24,000 nt of DNA from Methanomicrobiales archaeon (GTDB lineage: Archaea > Methanobacteriota > Methanobacteria > Methanobacteriales > Methanobacteriaceae): contig JBNGDB010000009.1 in assembly GCA_049975245.1 (NCBI GenBank), positions 26,541-50,540 of the forward strand, read 5' to 3'. The notes under the pieces are model-generated. The model was not told the DNA's origin, did not search any database, and worked only from the letters and a program-made list of their open reading frames with translations. The number at the start of each line of letters is the position of its first letter. Positions within the stretch are counted from its first letter, which is position 1. Shown here one piece after another: positions 10,656 through 19,926 of this stretch. The position numbers and the translations under genes were made by a program.

Positions 10656-11777
10656 ATTAAATTTAACAGTATCATACCTAATAACCAATTATCTGATAAA
10701 AAAACAATAACAAAACTTAACGAACCAAAAAAAGAATCTAAATTAGTTGTACTACAACCTATTGGTTACCCCTTTATCTGTAACCTGGTTGAAGCCCCTA
10801 AAATTGAAGTTTTTGACAAGGACCTTTTTGAATTATATGCTAAGGACCAGTGGGCGGGTCAAACAATTATTGAAGGTTCATTCCTATTTGATCAGAAATT
10901 ATTACCCGATTATGCCTTTAAAGTTATAAAGGCGCATCCTAACAATTCTGAAATTACTGAAAATACTTCAATAATCCTGATTGAAGATTTTGAAGTTAAA
11001 GAATTTAAAGAAATTCAAAGTAAAATTAAAATGGAAGATGTGGTGGGTCAGGAACAAGCCAAGATCAAATGCAAAATTATTATGAAATATTTGCAAGATG
11101 CAGAAAAGTTCAAAGATTGGGCTCCTCGAAATGTGCTATTTTATGGAACTCCTGGAACTGGAAAAACAATGCTAGCCAAATCCTTATCCAACGAACTTAG
11201 CGTTCCTCTTTATTTAATAAAAGCTACCAGCCTTATTGGGGAGCATGTAGGGGATGGGGCCCGTCAAATTCATGATCTATTTGAAGCAGCAGCAAAAACA
11301 GCCCCCTCTGTGATATTTATAGACGAAATCGACGCTATAGGTCTTGATAGAAAATTCCAATCATTAAGAGGGGATGTATCCGAAGTCGTTAATGCACTAT
11401 TAACTGAAATGGACGGCATAGACCAAAATTATGGTGTTGTAACCATAGGAGCCACTAACAATCCAGATTTATTAGATTTTGCAATAAGAAGTAGATTTGA
11501 AGAAGAAATAGAATTCAAATTACCAGATGAAAATGAAAGACGTCTAATGATCAAATTCTACATAGAATCCATGCCTCTTAAAGTGGAAGTGGACGTAGAA
11601 AGATTAGTACATAACACTAAAGGCATGTCTGGAAGAGATATAAAAGATCGGTTATTAAAAACATCTCTGCACAAGGCCATATCTGAAGATGAAGATATAG
11701 TTAAATGGGAACATGTAGAATATGCATTAAAATTAAATAAAAAAGAAAAAAATGAACCAAAGGGAATGTTTGTATAA
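10656..11777 (+). CDS. AAA+ ATPase with a CDC48-N-like N-terminal domain. The 5' end is unresolved; the securely callable core is 11031-11777.
   Basis: The AAA module has Walker A GTPGTGKT, Walker [10 protein letters not shown], second region of homology [17 protein letters not shown] and a sensor region. The same frame stays open and protein-like back to 10650 (…[29 protein letters not shown]…[23 protein letters not shown]), but it holds no ATG, GTG or TTG before 11031. ATT at 10656 lies 5 nt after the SD-like GGTGAT (10645-10650). Confidence 0.6.
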   Translation: MKFNSIIPNNQLSDKKTITKLNEPKKESKLVVLQPIGYPFICNLVEAPKIEVFDKDLFELYAKDQWAGQTIIEGSFLFDQKLLPDYAFKVIKAHPNNSEITENTSIILIEDFEVKEFKEIQSKIKMEDVVGQEQAKIKCKIIMKYLQDAEKFKDWAPRNVLFYGTPGTGKTMLAKSLSNELSVPLYLIKATSLIGEHVGDGARQIHDLFEAAAKTAPSVIFIDEIDAIGLDRKFQSLRGDVSEVVNALLTEMDGIDQNYGVVTIGATNNPDLLDFAIRSRFEEEIEFKLPDENERRLMIKFYIESMPLKVEVDVERLVHNTKGMSGRDIKDRLLKTSLHKAISEDEDIVKWEHVEYALKLNKKEKNEPKGMFV

Positions 11778-11822
11778 TCTGATTCAATAAAATGTTTTAT
11801 AATCATTTTATAATTCATTCTT

Positions 11823-11888
11823 CTTTTAAAATAAATAAAAAAACTCTATTTATAATTTATATTTCCTTTTAAAATAAATAAAAAAACT
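11823..11888 (-). terminator. Two perfect 23-bp direct repeats, each giving a T7-A-T3-A-T4 tract on the hemA strand (tandem terminators)
   Basis: cttttaaaataaataaaaaaact occurs at 11823-11845 and again at 11866-11888. On the minus strand it reads AGTTTTTTTATTTATTTTAAAAG. The proximal copy overlaps the hemA TAG stop. Confidence 0.5.
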
Positions 11889-13101
11889 ATTTTCTTAAAT
11901 TAAAAATTTTATATGATGATTCAATAATTTCTTTTTCATCCTTTTCAGCGGCATGGCGAATATTCATAATAATATTATGAAAAACCTTGTTAACCACAGC
12001 ATGGGTCAAATCATCAACAATTTTTTCTTTTCCGTTAAGATCTCCTAACATACGAACTGCTTTTTTTGTCTCGTTGATTCTTATCTTTTCAACTTCATTT
12101 CGAATATCCGATATTAACGGTTCGATTTCAATGTGTTTAAGAGATTTAAAAAGAAGTTTTAATTCTTCTTCAATAATTTTTTCAGCCTCTTTAGCCTCAA
12201 ATTCGCGCATTTTCTTATTTTTATCAGCTATTCCTCTTAGATCATCAATATTAAATAATTTTACACCTAAATTAGACACATTTTCATCAATATCTCGAGG
12301 ATTGGCAATATCCACCATGACCATGCTCCTAATTTTTTCTGGAGAAACCGCTTTTTGAACTTGTTTACAAGTGACCACTGTGTGTGGTGCTCCAGTGGCA
12401 CTTATTACAACATCAGCATCACTCATTGCTTCTTCTAATCGGTCAAAATGTATAGCATAACCCTCTAATTCATGTGCAAGTTGAACTGCCCTATCATAAG
12501 TTCTATTAGCAACTACAATAGCTTTAAGATGTTTTTCTACTAATGCTCGGGCAACCAGGGTTCCCATATTACCTGCACCAATAACCAAAACCTTTTTACA
12601 TTTGAGGTCGCCGTGAATAGATTCAGCCAATTCAACAGCCGCCGACCCAATAGAAATAGAACCTTTATTGATTTTTGTTCTTCTCCTTACTAACTGACCA
12701 ACATGAACAGCTTTGTTAAAAATAGTATCTAAAAAAATGCCACAATAACCTCTTTTAATAGATTCGTTTTTAGAATCCTTAATCTGACCCAATATTTGAT
12801 CTTCACCTATTATCATAGATTCTAAGCCACAACTTAATCTTAAAAGATGTCTTAATGCATCTTCATTACTTTCAACTATAAAATTGTTGAAGTATATATC
12901 GTTTATATTGTCATTTTCTAAAACCAGATACGTTTCAGATCTATTGCAAGTCTTTATTTGGATTAACTCATTTATACAGCATTTTTTGTGTATTTTACCA
13001 ATTAATTCATCCAGTTCCCCGGATAAATTTTCGATTGTGCTGATATTTGCTGTTTTATGATCAATTCTTATATTGAGAATCAGAGCAATCCCTCCAACCA
13101 A
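11887..13101 (-). CDS. hemA: Glutamyl-tRNA reductase HemA
   Basis: HemA motifs are [12 protein letters not shown], the catalytic-Cys segment [24 protein letters not shown] and NADPH-binding [10 protein letters not shown]. The start is uncertain. TTG at 13101 has no SD, and the SD GGAGGG lies inside the ORF model. Confidence 0.9.
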   Translation of the reverse strand: MVGGIALILNIRIDHKTANISTIENLSGELDELIGKIHKKCCINELIQIKTCNRSETYLVLENDNINDIYFNNFIVESNEDALRHLLRLSCGLESMIIGEDQILGQIKDSKNESIKRGYCGIFLDTIFNKAVHVGQLVRRRTKINKGSISIGSAAVELAESIHGDLKCKKVLVIGAGNMGTLVARALVEKHLKAIVVANRTYDRAVQLAHELEGYAIHFDRLEEAMSDADVVISATGAPHTVVTCKQVQKAVSPEKIRSMVMVDIANPRDIDENVSNLGVKLFNIDDLRGIADKNKKMREFEAKEAEKIIEEELKLLFKSLKHIEIEPLISDIRNEVEKIRINETKKAVRMLGDLNGKEKIVDDLTHAVVNKVFHNIIMNIRHAAEKDEKEIIESSYKIFNLRK

Positions 13102-13136
13102 CTGGTTGAAATAATTTCATTTGATAACTTCTAAGG

Positions 13137-13760
13137 TTAACTAACTTTTTTTTCTAAATACTGGACAACGTATAGCTTAGCTTCTTCTAATTTACCGTTA
13201 TTTAATAATTCGTTTACATTTCTATCATTCAAGATCTTGTAAAGATATTCTTTACGGCTTTTTTGATCATCTATTAAATTCTTTAAAAATTTTCGGGTAT
13301 AATCCTGTAGCTCCATCTGCAGTATATCATTATTAGTTATTACTTTTTGTATTTTTTTTCTTAATTGTTTGGCCATGAGGGGACTCTTACCTTCAGTAAA
13401 TATGGAGATCTGCACATCCCCTATAAAAAAAGATGATGGAACTATAATATTTCCGGAATCAGGATTATCAGCACGATTTATTAATTTATTTTCAGCTGCG
13501 GTTGAAATATATTCATTTAAATCCTGATTAGATGTGGCCACCACCACTATATCTGACCAGTCAATCCACTTATCAATTTCTTCCACAGATTTGACAGAAG
13601 CTCCTAATTTTTTTAAATCATCATCCTCTGTTTTTCCAACTATAGTTACATTCGCACCAGCGTTAATAAATCTTTTTGCTCTTCTCTTACCCACTTCACC
13701 AGTGCCTACAATTAGAACATTTTTTTTATTCATTTGAAGGAAGAGAGGAGTCCAACCCAT
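13137..13760 (-). CDS. sirC: Precorrin-2 dehydrogenase / sirohydrochlorin ferrochelatase (siroheme synthase N-terminal-domain type)
   Basis: [37 protein letters not shown] is the typical CysG-N/SirC Rossmann start. Length is 207 aa. It lies next to hemA, fitting tetrapyrrole and F430 precursor supply. Confidence 0.82.
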   Translation of the reverse strand: MGWTPLFLQMNKKNVLIVGTGEVGKRRAKRFINAGANVTIVGKTEDDDLKKLGASVKSVEEIDKWIDWSDIVVVATSNQDLNEYISTAAENKLINRADNPDSGNIIVPSSFFIGDVQISIFTEGKSPLMAKQLRKKIQKVITNNDILQMELQDYTRKFLKNLIDDQKSRKEYLYKILNDRNVNELLNNGKLEEAKLYVVQYLEKKVS

Positions 13761-13764
13761 CCTA

Positions 13765-14238
13765 CTACTCCATTTGTTTCATTCGCAAAAGTTTCATTGC
13801 AGTGCGTAAATCATGACCACATTCTTGAAGAACATGAACGGCCTCAGTTTCAGAAACATCAAAGGCATCTGCAAGTGCTTTAACATTTTTTTCATCTAAT
13901 ACTTTAGTTTCTCCAACCAATTCCTCTGATAACTGTTTTTTTAGTTCCATGTATTCATCTGTAGACATGTCAATTTTTCTCATAACCATATCCCTTAATG
14001 GACAAGGTTTAGAAGGTTTACAACACCAGACTAATGATCCAAAACAAGTTCCTTCACCATGCTTAAGTCTTGTTTTTTTTCCAAATTCTTCTTTCTTTTC
14101 AATATAATCTTGTGGAGTAAGTCCAGCTTCTTCTAATGCGTATAATATGGGGCAAGGTTTTACTGGTGGACAACAAAATGTTAATGCTCTTTTATCCCCT
14201 CCGCGACATACATGTGATGGTGAGTCCTCCCATACCAT
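13765..14238 (-). CDS. Cys-rich methanogenesis-marker-9-domain protein with a UBA-like C-terminal tail
   Basis: Two copies of the aromatic-CC-x3-KPCP(I/L) motif ([11 protein letters not shown] and [11 protein letters not shown]), with 8 Cys in the core. This matches my recollection of the TIGRFAMs 'methanogenesis marker domain 9' description. I place the start at the ATG at 14236-14238, 6 nt after SD GGAGGAG and 1 nt after the atwA stop. Confidence 0.75.
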   Translation of the reverse strand: MVWEDSPSHVCRGGDKRALTFCCPPVKPCPILYALEEAGLTPQDYIEKKEEFGKKTRLKHGEGTCFGSLVWCCKPSKPCPLRDMVMRKIDMSTDEYMELKKQLSEELVGETKVLDEKNVKALADAFDVSETEAVHVLQECGHDLRTAMKLLRMKQME

Positions 14239-14239
14239 T

Positions 14240-15835
14240 TTACTCCTCCGTAAGCATTTTTTTCTTTTCAGTAGGGGTGAGATCTTCCACAATAGATTCT
14301 GGATCACCAATCTTAAGGACTTTACCGCCTCTCATGAGAGCGGCACGATCACAAACATCTAAAACAAAATCCATGTCGTGAGATATTATAAGAAAAGTCT
14401 GGTTGAGTTCGTCCCTTGCTTTTCTTATGGAATCAGTAACCTGTACCCGGGTAATAGGATCCATGGTACCGGTTGGCTCATCAAGAATAATTATATTAGG
14501 TTCTTTAATTAGTACTTGGGCCAAAGCAACTCTATGACGTTCTCCACCACTTAATTCGTCGGGGTATTTGTATAATATGTTCTCCGCATAATTTTCATCA
14601 AACCCAACTGCTTTAAGAACGTATATTGCCTTCATTTTCGCAAATTCTGCGGGAAGCTCTAAACTAATAGCTTCAGTGAGATTTCCAAGAACATTTCTAT
14701 GAGGATAGAGACTGTACTCTTGGTGAAGAATTCCCAAATATGGTTTAACTCTACCTCTTCCGAAAGGTCCCTTTTCAGTCATGTCAATCCAGTTTTCACC
14801 TAATTTAACAACAATTTCGCCACTGCTGGGATCAGTTAGCCCATATAAAATCCTTGATAGAGTGGTTTTTCCAGCACCACTTAAACCTACAATACCAAAA
14901 ATTTCAGATTCGTCCACCACAAGATCTATTCCATCTACTGCTTTTACCACTCCCCTTTCAATGGAATAGTAATGTTTTTTAACATCATCCATCTTAATGA
15001 TGGGACCTCCACTTTTAAAGACTTCTCCCTTTTCAGGTAGAGGTACTTGATCCATGAAGCTCTTTACTACTTCTTCTGGATCTCCTTCCTGAATAATTTG
15101 ACCTTTTTCTAGCCATATAACATGATCAGATAACTTTCTCATAACTTCAGGCCAGTGAGAAGTGATTAACATAGTTTTACCTTGATCTTTAACTCCTTCA
15201 ATCAAAGCCTCATGTATAAGTTCTGCGGTTTTAGGATCAAGAGTACCTGTAGGTTCATCTGCTAAAAATATAATTGGATCCTTTGCTAATTGCCTGGCTA
15301 AAACAACTCTCTGTTTTTCACCACCACTCAAATCACGGGCAATATGTGTTATCCTATGAGTCATCTGAGCCATTTCTAAAAGTTCTAAAGCTCTATAGGT
15401 GCCTTCTTCTTCACCCAACCCTTCAATAGATTTAAGTACATTATCTATTACCGTATCATCTTCATATAGTGCAAAAGTACGTTGCAACATTATGGATATC
15501 CGTCTTTTTATTGCTGCGAATAATTTTCGATCACAGTTCCAAAAATCAACATTTAAATCTTGATATTCACAGCCACATGAACAACTTCCTCCAGCCAATG
15601 AAGGAGGTTCAACTCTAATACATTCGGGACAATAAGCAACATGATAAGTTATTTTACCTTTATCGGGTTTGTAATCTTTCATCCCTCTGAGCATATTTAT
15701 TAAAACTGACTTTCCAGACCCACTTCTGCCTAATATTCCCAGTACACTGCCCTCGTCTATTGTCATGTTTAAATCTTTTAAAACATCTACATTGCCAAAA
15801 GTTTTAGTGACATTTTCTAATTTTATAAATGACAT
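14240..15835 (-). CDS. atwA: Methyl-coenzyme M reductase activation system component A2 (double ABC ATPase)
   Basis: Two ABC nucleotide-binding domains. The first has [17 protein letters not shown] and [12 protein letters not shown]. The second has [18 protein letters not shown] and [12 protein letters not shown]. There is no transmembrane domain. Length is 531 aa. SD is AAAGGTGG. Confidence 0.88.
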   Translation of the reverse strand: MSFIKLENVTKTFGNVDVLKDLNMTIDEGSVLGILGRSGSGKSVLINMLRGMKDYKPDKGKITYHVAYCPECIRVEPPSLAGGSCSCGCEYQDLNVDFWNCDRKLFAAIKRRISIMLQRTFALYEDDTVIDNVLKSIEGLGEEEGTYRALELLEMAQMTHRITHIARDLSGGEKQRVVLARQLAKDPIIFLADEPTGTLDPKTAELIHEALIEGVKDQGKTMLITSHWPEVMRKLSDHVIWLEKGQIIQEGDPEEVVKSFMDQVPLPEKGEVFKSGGPIIKMDDVKKHYYSIERGVVKAVDGIDLVVDESEIFGIVGLSGAGKTTLSRILYGLTDPSSGEIVVKLGENWIDMTEKGPFGRGRVKPYLGILHQEYSLYPHRNVLGNLTEAISLELPAEFAKMKAIYVLKAVGFDENYAENILYKYPDELSGGERHRVALAQVLIKEPNIIILDEPTGTMDPITRVQVTDSIRKARDELNQTFLIISHDMDFVLDVCDRAALMRGGKVLKIGDPESIVEDLTPTEKKKMLTEE

Positions 15836-15969
15836 ACGACCACCTTTAAATTAAAATTATCATAATTCTATTTTTGTATAAATTTAAATGAATATATATT
15901 CTTAATGTTTATGTTTTTTATATTTATTAATATGCACTTAGTTTCTATAAAAATTTGATTATTTATTAT

Positions 15970-16719
15970 TTATATAAATGATAGATCGAAGGGAATTTTA
16001 CCCCCCATAGTGGCTCTTGCCATGGAAATAGCGTCAGCACCTGCATTGAACATTAACTGAGCAGTTTCCAAACTTTTTACAGAATTGTTTCCTATTAAAA
16101 ATACATCAGTACTATCGCTTATAGATTTAATTACCTCATAGTCAGCATAATCATAACCGGGTTTCATTGCATCCACATGTATGAAATCAGCCCCACTTTT
16201 TTCTACAGTTTTAGCAATTAAAATATCGTTATTTTCCGGAATATTGGCTCTTATTTTTACAGAAACCTTGCATTTGGCCTTTTTAACTATCTCTGAAGAG
16301 TAATTAAATAATTTATTTAGATTTGATAGTAATGATTGTCCACATCCAATATTTGTTATTTCAGGTTGGCGGCAATGGGCATTTATTTCCACTACATCAA
16401 TACCATCTAATCTTGATATCTCAATAATAGGATCAGGGGAAACTGACCGCAAATTAACAGATACTAAAGCATCAGAAGATTCTTTAATAATATTAGATTC
16501 ATTCTCTATTACAGAGATGATATCCTCTTTATCAATATCAAACTCTGATCTTCCTCTAGCCAGTATTTTTTTCCCAGCATCTATAGTAGGATTATCCACA
16601 TTATATCCCCCAAGGGTGACCATGTCAAATCCCATTAAAGCCATTTTTTTGCAAAATTGGCCGTCAGTAATTCCTGCCATTGGGGCTAAAACCTTAATAA
16701 ACTCACTCTCATCAATCAT
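15970..16719 (-). CDS. Dus/NifR3-like FMN-type TIM-barrel protein, uncharacterised archaeal subfamily (MJ0144-like by recollection)
   Basis: Segments parallel to dihydrouridine-synthase conserved blocks are LAPMAGITD, VEINAHCRQPE...GCGQSLL, VSVKIR, IHVDAM, LIGNNSV and ADAISMARA. Confidence 0.65.
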   Translation of the reverse strand: MIDESEFIKVLAPMAGITDGQFCKKMALMGFDMVTLGGYNVDNPTIDAGKKILARGRSEFDIDKEDIISVIENESNIIKESSDALVSVNLRSVSPDPIIEISRLDGIDVVEINAHCRQPEITNIGCGQSLLSNLNKLFNYSSEIVKKAKCKVSVKIRANIPENNDILIAKTVEKSGADFIHVDAMKPGYDYADYEVIKSISDSTDVFLIGNNSVKSLETAQLMFNAGADAISMARATMGGKIPFDLSFI

Positions 16720-16771
16720 GGCTTAAGTTATACTTTTAAAAGCTAATTAATAAAAACTAAAATAAAATTAT

Positions 16772-17527
16772 TTACTCCTTCATCACATGTACTAAATCGT
16801 AGGTAAAACCGCCCCTTATCTCCTCAAGTGCTAAATCAGCCAAATTAGCTGCTTTTTCAGCGGTAGGGGCCTTACCAACACCTGCTTTTAGAGCTATGTT
16901 TGTTTCGTCCTTTATCTCCTCAATTATTTTCAGCAAACCTTCCGGTTTTAGGCCGTTGCAGGGAGACATGAAATTATCCCCACCAATGAAAAACAACAAA
17001 GAACCTTTTTCAATTAATTTTTTCATAAGGAAGTGTTGAACTCTATTAACAATAAATGAGGTATCATAAGCTGGAATAATATCGGTTAAAGAATCAGTTA
17101 TCCCATTAATATCAATATGCGCAATTTGCACAAAACTCTCCTCTTTTTTTACCATACCATCGATAGCTAATATTTCACTCCTTTCCTCAGATTGTGCTCC
17201 TCCATATCCTTGAAGAGATGTTGTAGCATTTCTCTGAGCTTCATATGGAGTTTCAGCTGCGCCAACACCCATACTTATTGTAATTGGATATCTGTTTCCT
17301 ATTGATCTTTGAATTCTTAAATGGTCTTCTACATCCACATTATTACTCACAGCTAACATATTGTCAAAACGAGTGAAAAAAACAAGTCCTTGTTTTGCTG
17401 CAAATTGCCTCTGGATATCGGCATAAAGTTCCGCCTGCAAAATCTGAAGATCTGCCTCTGCTCGTGGAGTAGGAGTTACCGTCCATGGCCCATAGTTATC
17501 AATCTGTATTAAAGTCATCTGTATCAT
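16772..17527 (-). CDS. arfA: GTP cyclohydrolase III (FAPy-forming, archaeal riboflavin/F420 branch)
   Basis: The N-terminus [19 protein letters not shown] is characteristic of the MJ0145 family. Its start overlaps the cofD stop in an ATGA arrangement (17524-17527). Confidence 0.88.
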   Translation of the reverse strand: MIQMTLIQIDNYGPWTVTPTPRAEADLQILQAELYADIQRQFAAKQGLVFFTRFDNMLAVSNNVDVEDHLRIQRSIGNRYPITISMGVGAAETPYEAQRNATTSLQGYGGAQSEERSEILAIDGMVKKEESFVQIAHIDINGITDSLTDIIPAYDTSFIVNRVQHFLMKKLIEKGSLLFFIGGDNFMSPCNGLKPEGLLKIIEEIKDETNIALKAGVGKAPTAEKAANLADLALEEIRGGFTYDLVHVMKE

Positions 17528-18429
17528 ATCATTTCACCCAATATAGTTCTTGCCAACATCACCTTATCATCAATGGTATTCATGTTTGTGTTTGTTACCA
17601 TAACATTATTTATTAGTCTTTCTATTTTTTCCTTTGAATGGCTATCTATAACATCTATAATAAATTTGTCTAAAAATTCTGCATACATATCAGCAACACC
17701 AACACACGAAACTTCAAAACCCAATGCACCCATAAATTTAGCAGCAGGACCACTAACTGGCTTTCCCCCAATTATTGGAGATACTGCGACCACATTAGAA
17801 TTTTTTAAAGCATTTATAACTCCTTTCATTGAAATAATCGGCCCTATTGAAGTAACTGGATTTGAAGGACCTAAAAGGACCATTTCTGAATTTTCAATTG
17901 CATCCATCAAACCTTCTGAAGGTCTAACTTTGCTATATTTTACATCTAAAACTTCTGGTTCTGCTTTATGTTCAATTAAAAATTCATGAAAATCCATATT
18001 TCCTTGATCAGTTATAATATTTATAGATGGCTGATCATCACTCATTGGTATAATTCTAGATTCAACACCTAATTTTTTCCTTTGAATGTCAACCGCTTCA
18101 GAAAGAGAATATCTCTCCAAGAGTAAAGTTTTCTGGATCTTTATGGCACGATCCTTATCCCCGATTCTTAAAAGCTCTGGACAACCTAATTTTCCCAGCA
18201 TTTCATTGGTTATAAATGTATCATCACATATCCCATACCATGTTTCATCGTTTATCATGTTTGCCAAGGTATAAAGAACTGTATCAATGTCAGCAGCCAC
18301 ATATAAGTTGGAAACATAAGTATTTTCCACAGTATTAACAATAATATTAAGATCACTAGGATTTAATACTTTAACCATTCCCTGGAGTAATTTTGGAGTT
18401 CCAGTTCCTCCCGATAGTACAGTTATCAT
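17524..18429 (-). CDS. cofD: 2-phospho-L-lactate transferase CofD (LPPG:FO transferase)
   Basis: [15 protein letters not shown]-terminus, a [14 protein letters not shown] segment, and about 300 aa, typical of CofD. Confidence 0.9.
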   Translation of the reverse strand: MITVLSGGTGTPKLLQGMVKVLNPSDLNIIVNTVENTYVSNLYVAADIDTVLYTLANMINDETWYGICDDTFITNEMLGKLGCPELLRIGDKDRAIKIQKTLLLERYSLSEAVDIQRKKLGVESRIIPMSDDQPSINIITDQGNMDFHEFLIEHKAEPEVLDVKYSKVRPSEGLMDAIENSEMVLLGPSNPVTSIGPIISMKGVINALKNSNVVAVSPIIGGKPVSGPAAKFMGALGFEVSCVGVADMYAEFLDKFIIDVIDSHSKEKIERLINNVMVTNTNMNTIDDKVMLARTILGEMI

Positions 18430-18460
18430 GCTAATCTAATCAATTATTTTTATTAACCTT

Positions 18461-19222
18461 TTATCTAAAAACATCATACTTTTTAGGTCTTATTAATGAT
18501 TTAGCAGAGGAATAATTATTAAATAAATTTTTAGAATAATTTAATCCTTTTATTAATATAATAGGCATTCCTTCATCAGCTTGCCCCATGACTATTGAAG
18601 CTGCGGCAGCTAATTCATCAGCAACTGCAATTTTGGTAGTTTCAAGTTTTCTTCCATAAAGATCTATTTCACCCTTCCTATCCCATAATGGCTCCAAACC
18701 TGAAATTCCAACAGCAACGCCAACAGCGCCCTCTCTAAATGGTCTTCCCTGAGTATCAGATATAATAATAATTAATTTCTTACCAGTATCTCTTAAAATA
18801 TCTTTTCTAATATGTTCAGCACTTTTATCCGGATTATCGGGGATAGGGGTTGCTTTACCTTCTTCTACATTGGACTCATCAATACCGGCATTGGCACATA
18901 TAAATCCGTGTTTGGTTTCAGAGATAATGAAATCTGGACCTACTTTTAATATTTCATTCGATTCTTTAAGTATTGATTCTACAAGTTTTGGATCCTTTCG
19001 GGTGTTTTTTGCAATCTTTAATGCTTTAGGACTTGGCTCTATGGATGATAAATCAATTTTTGTCCCTTCAGATTTAGCAATAATAGTTTCAGCAATTACC
19101 AGCACATCTCCATCATCTAAATCTATTGCAGAATTCTCCAATGACTCTAAGATTATTGATGCGATATTATCATTTTCTTTGATAAGGGGTATATTCTCCA
19201 AACCTATAATTCTAACTTCCAT
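18461..19222 (-). CDS. cofE: Coenzyme F420-0:L-glutamate ligase CofE (single-domain archaeal form)
   Basis: CofE-like blocks are [42 protein letters not shown] and GVAVGISG. I place the start at the ATG at 19220-19222 (MEVRIIGLE...), downstream of a GGTG SD and 14 nt after the purO stop. Confidence 0.88.
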   Translation of the reverse strand: MEVRIIGLENIPLIKENDNIASIILESLENSAIDLDDGDVLVIAETIIAKSEGTKIDLSSIEPSPKALKIAKNTRKDPKLVESILKESNEILKVGPDFIISETKHGFICANAGIDESNVEEGKATPIPDNPDKSAEHIRKDILRDTGKKLIIIISDTQGRPFREGAVGVAVGISGLEPLWDRKGEIDLYGRKLETTKIAVADELAAAASIVMGQADEGMPIILIKGLNYSKNLFNNYSSAKSLIRPKKYDVFR

Positions 19223-19236
19223 ATTCGCACCGAATC

Positions 19237-19839
19237 TTAGATGAAAGAGATATCCCAATCTTTAAATCCAAAAGCAGCTGCAGATGTAACAGGATTGGTA
19301 AATTCTGCAAATTTACCTTGACTCATAATAAATTGCGCCGCTTCTTGCGAATTACTGGCTGAAAATTCTACTTCATGAGGTTGAGTATGCTCATAAGTTG
19401 CAATGTAACATGTTCTTCCAGGTTCAACTTTCTCAACTATAAGGCTTTCATGGGTAACAATACCAATATAAGCATCTCCCTTAAGTGAAACAGCTCCAGC
19501 AATTCGGGGAGTGTTATAATCATCTTTTTCATAATCCATTACAAGCAATGAAAGTGCAATAGCATCTCTAAGGTTCATACCCTCCTCAATTTTATCCGCA
19601 ATAACATCTGTATGAGAACCATTAGAAACAACAGCCACATCATCCACTATTTTTATACAATTGTAAGCTATATAAGGATTAACAAAAACATCCTTTTCAT
19701 GTCCTTCCTTCGGCACTACAGCTACCCTATTTTCAAAAGACTTCGTTTCCCTATTGGGAAAGGATCTACTTGAAACTCGGTACGCAACTAAATTTCCAGA
19801 TTTATTACTCCCTAATGCTAACATTCTACCAACATACAT
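19237..19839 (-). CDS. purO: Archaeal IMP cyclohydrolase PurO
   Basis: [10 protein letters not shown]...[12 protein letters not shown]-terminus and a length of about 200 aa are typical of PurO. SD AGGTG lies 5 nt upstream of the ATG. Confidence 0.88.
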   Translation of the reverse strand: MYVGRMLALGSNKSGNLVAYRVSSRSFPNRETKSFENRVAVVPKEGHEKDVFVNPYIAYNCIKIVDDVAVVSNGSHTDVIADKIEEGMNLRDAIALSLLVMDYEKDDYNTPRIAGAVSLKGDAYIGIVTHESLIVEKVEPGRTCYIATYEHTQPHEVEFSASNSQEAAQFIMSQGKFAEFTNPVTSAAAFGFKDWDISFI

Positions 19840-19926
19840 ATTTACACCTAAAATTTTTTAGTTTCCATTAATATTTTCTTTAAATTCATTAAACTGAAAT
19901 AATACTAACAAGTTTTCCATAATCAA

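Noticed and set aside
10747-10929. 60-aa TTG-initiated ORF upstream of the AAA ATPase
   Set aside because: It is out of frame with, and fully overlapped by, the protein-like N-domain frame of the AAA gene. Its own translation ([20 protein letters not shown]…) has no recognisable character.
11987-12358. 123-aa ORF antisense to hemA
   Set aside because: It is a shadow ORF of a confidently identified gene with a low-complexity S/F/I-rich sequence.
14239-14310. 24-codon N-terminal extension of the marker-9 ORF overlapping atwA
   Set aside because: The internal ATG at 14238 has a well-spaced GGAGGAG SD and abuts the atwA stop. The extension would require a 71-nt overlap and encodes basic, low-complexity sequence.
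17573-19244. 138-, 62- and 124-aa plus-strand ORFs opposite cofD and cofE
   Set aside because: They are antisense shadow ORFs with no motifs. The sense-strand genes have clear family signatures.
19223-19258. 12-codon N-terminal extension of cofE overlapping purO
   Set aside because: The ATG at 19222 follows a GGTG SD just after the purO stop, and the CofE-like sequence starts there (MEVRIIGLE…).
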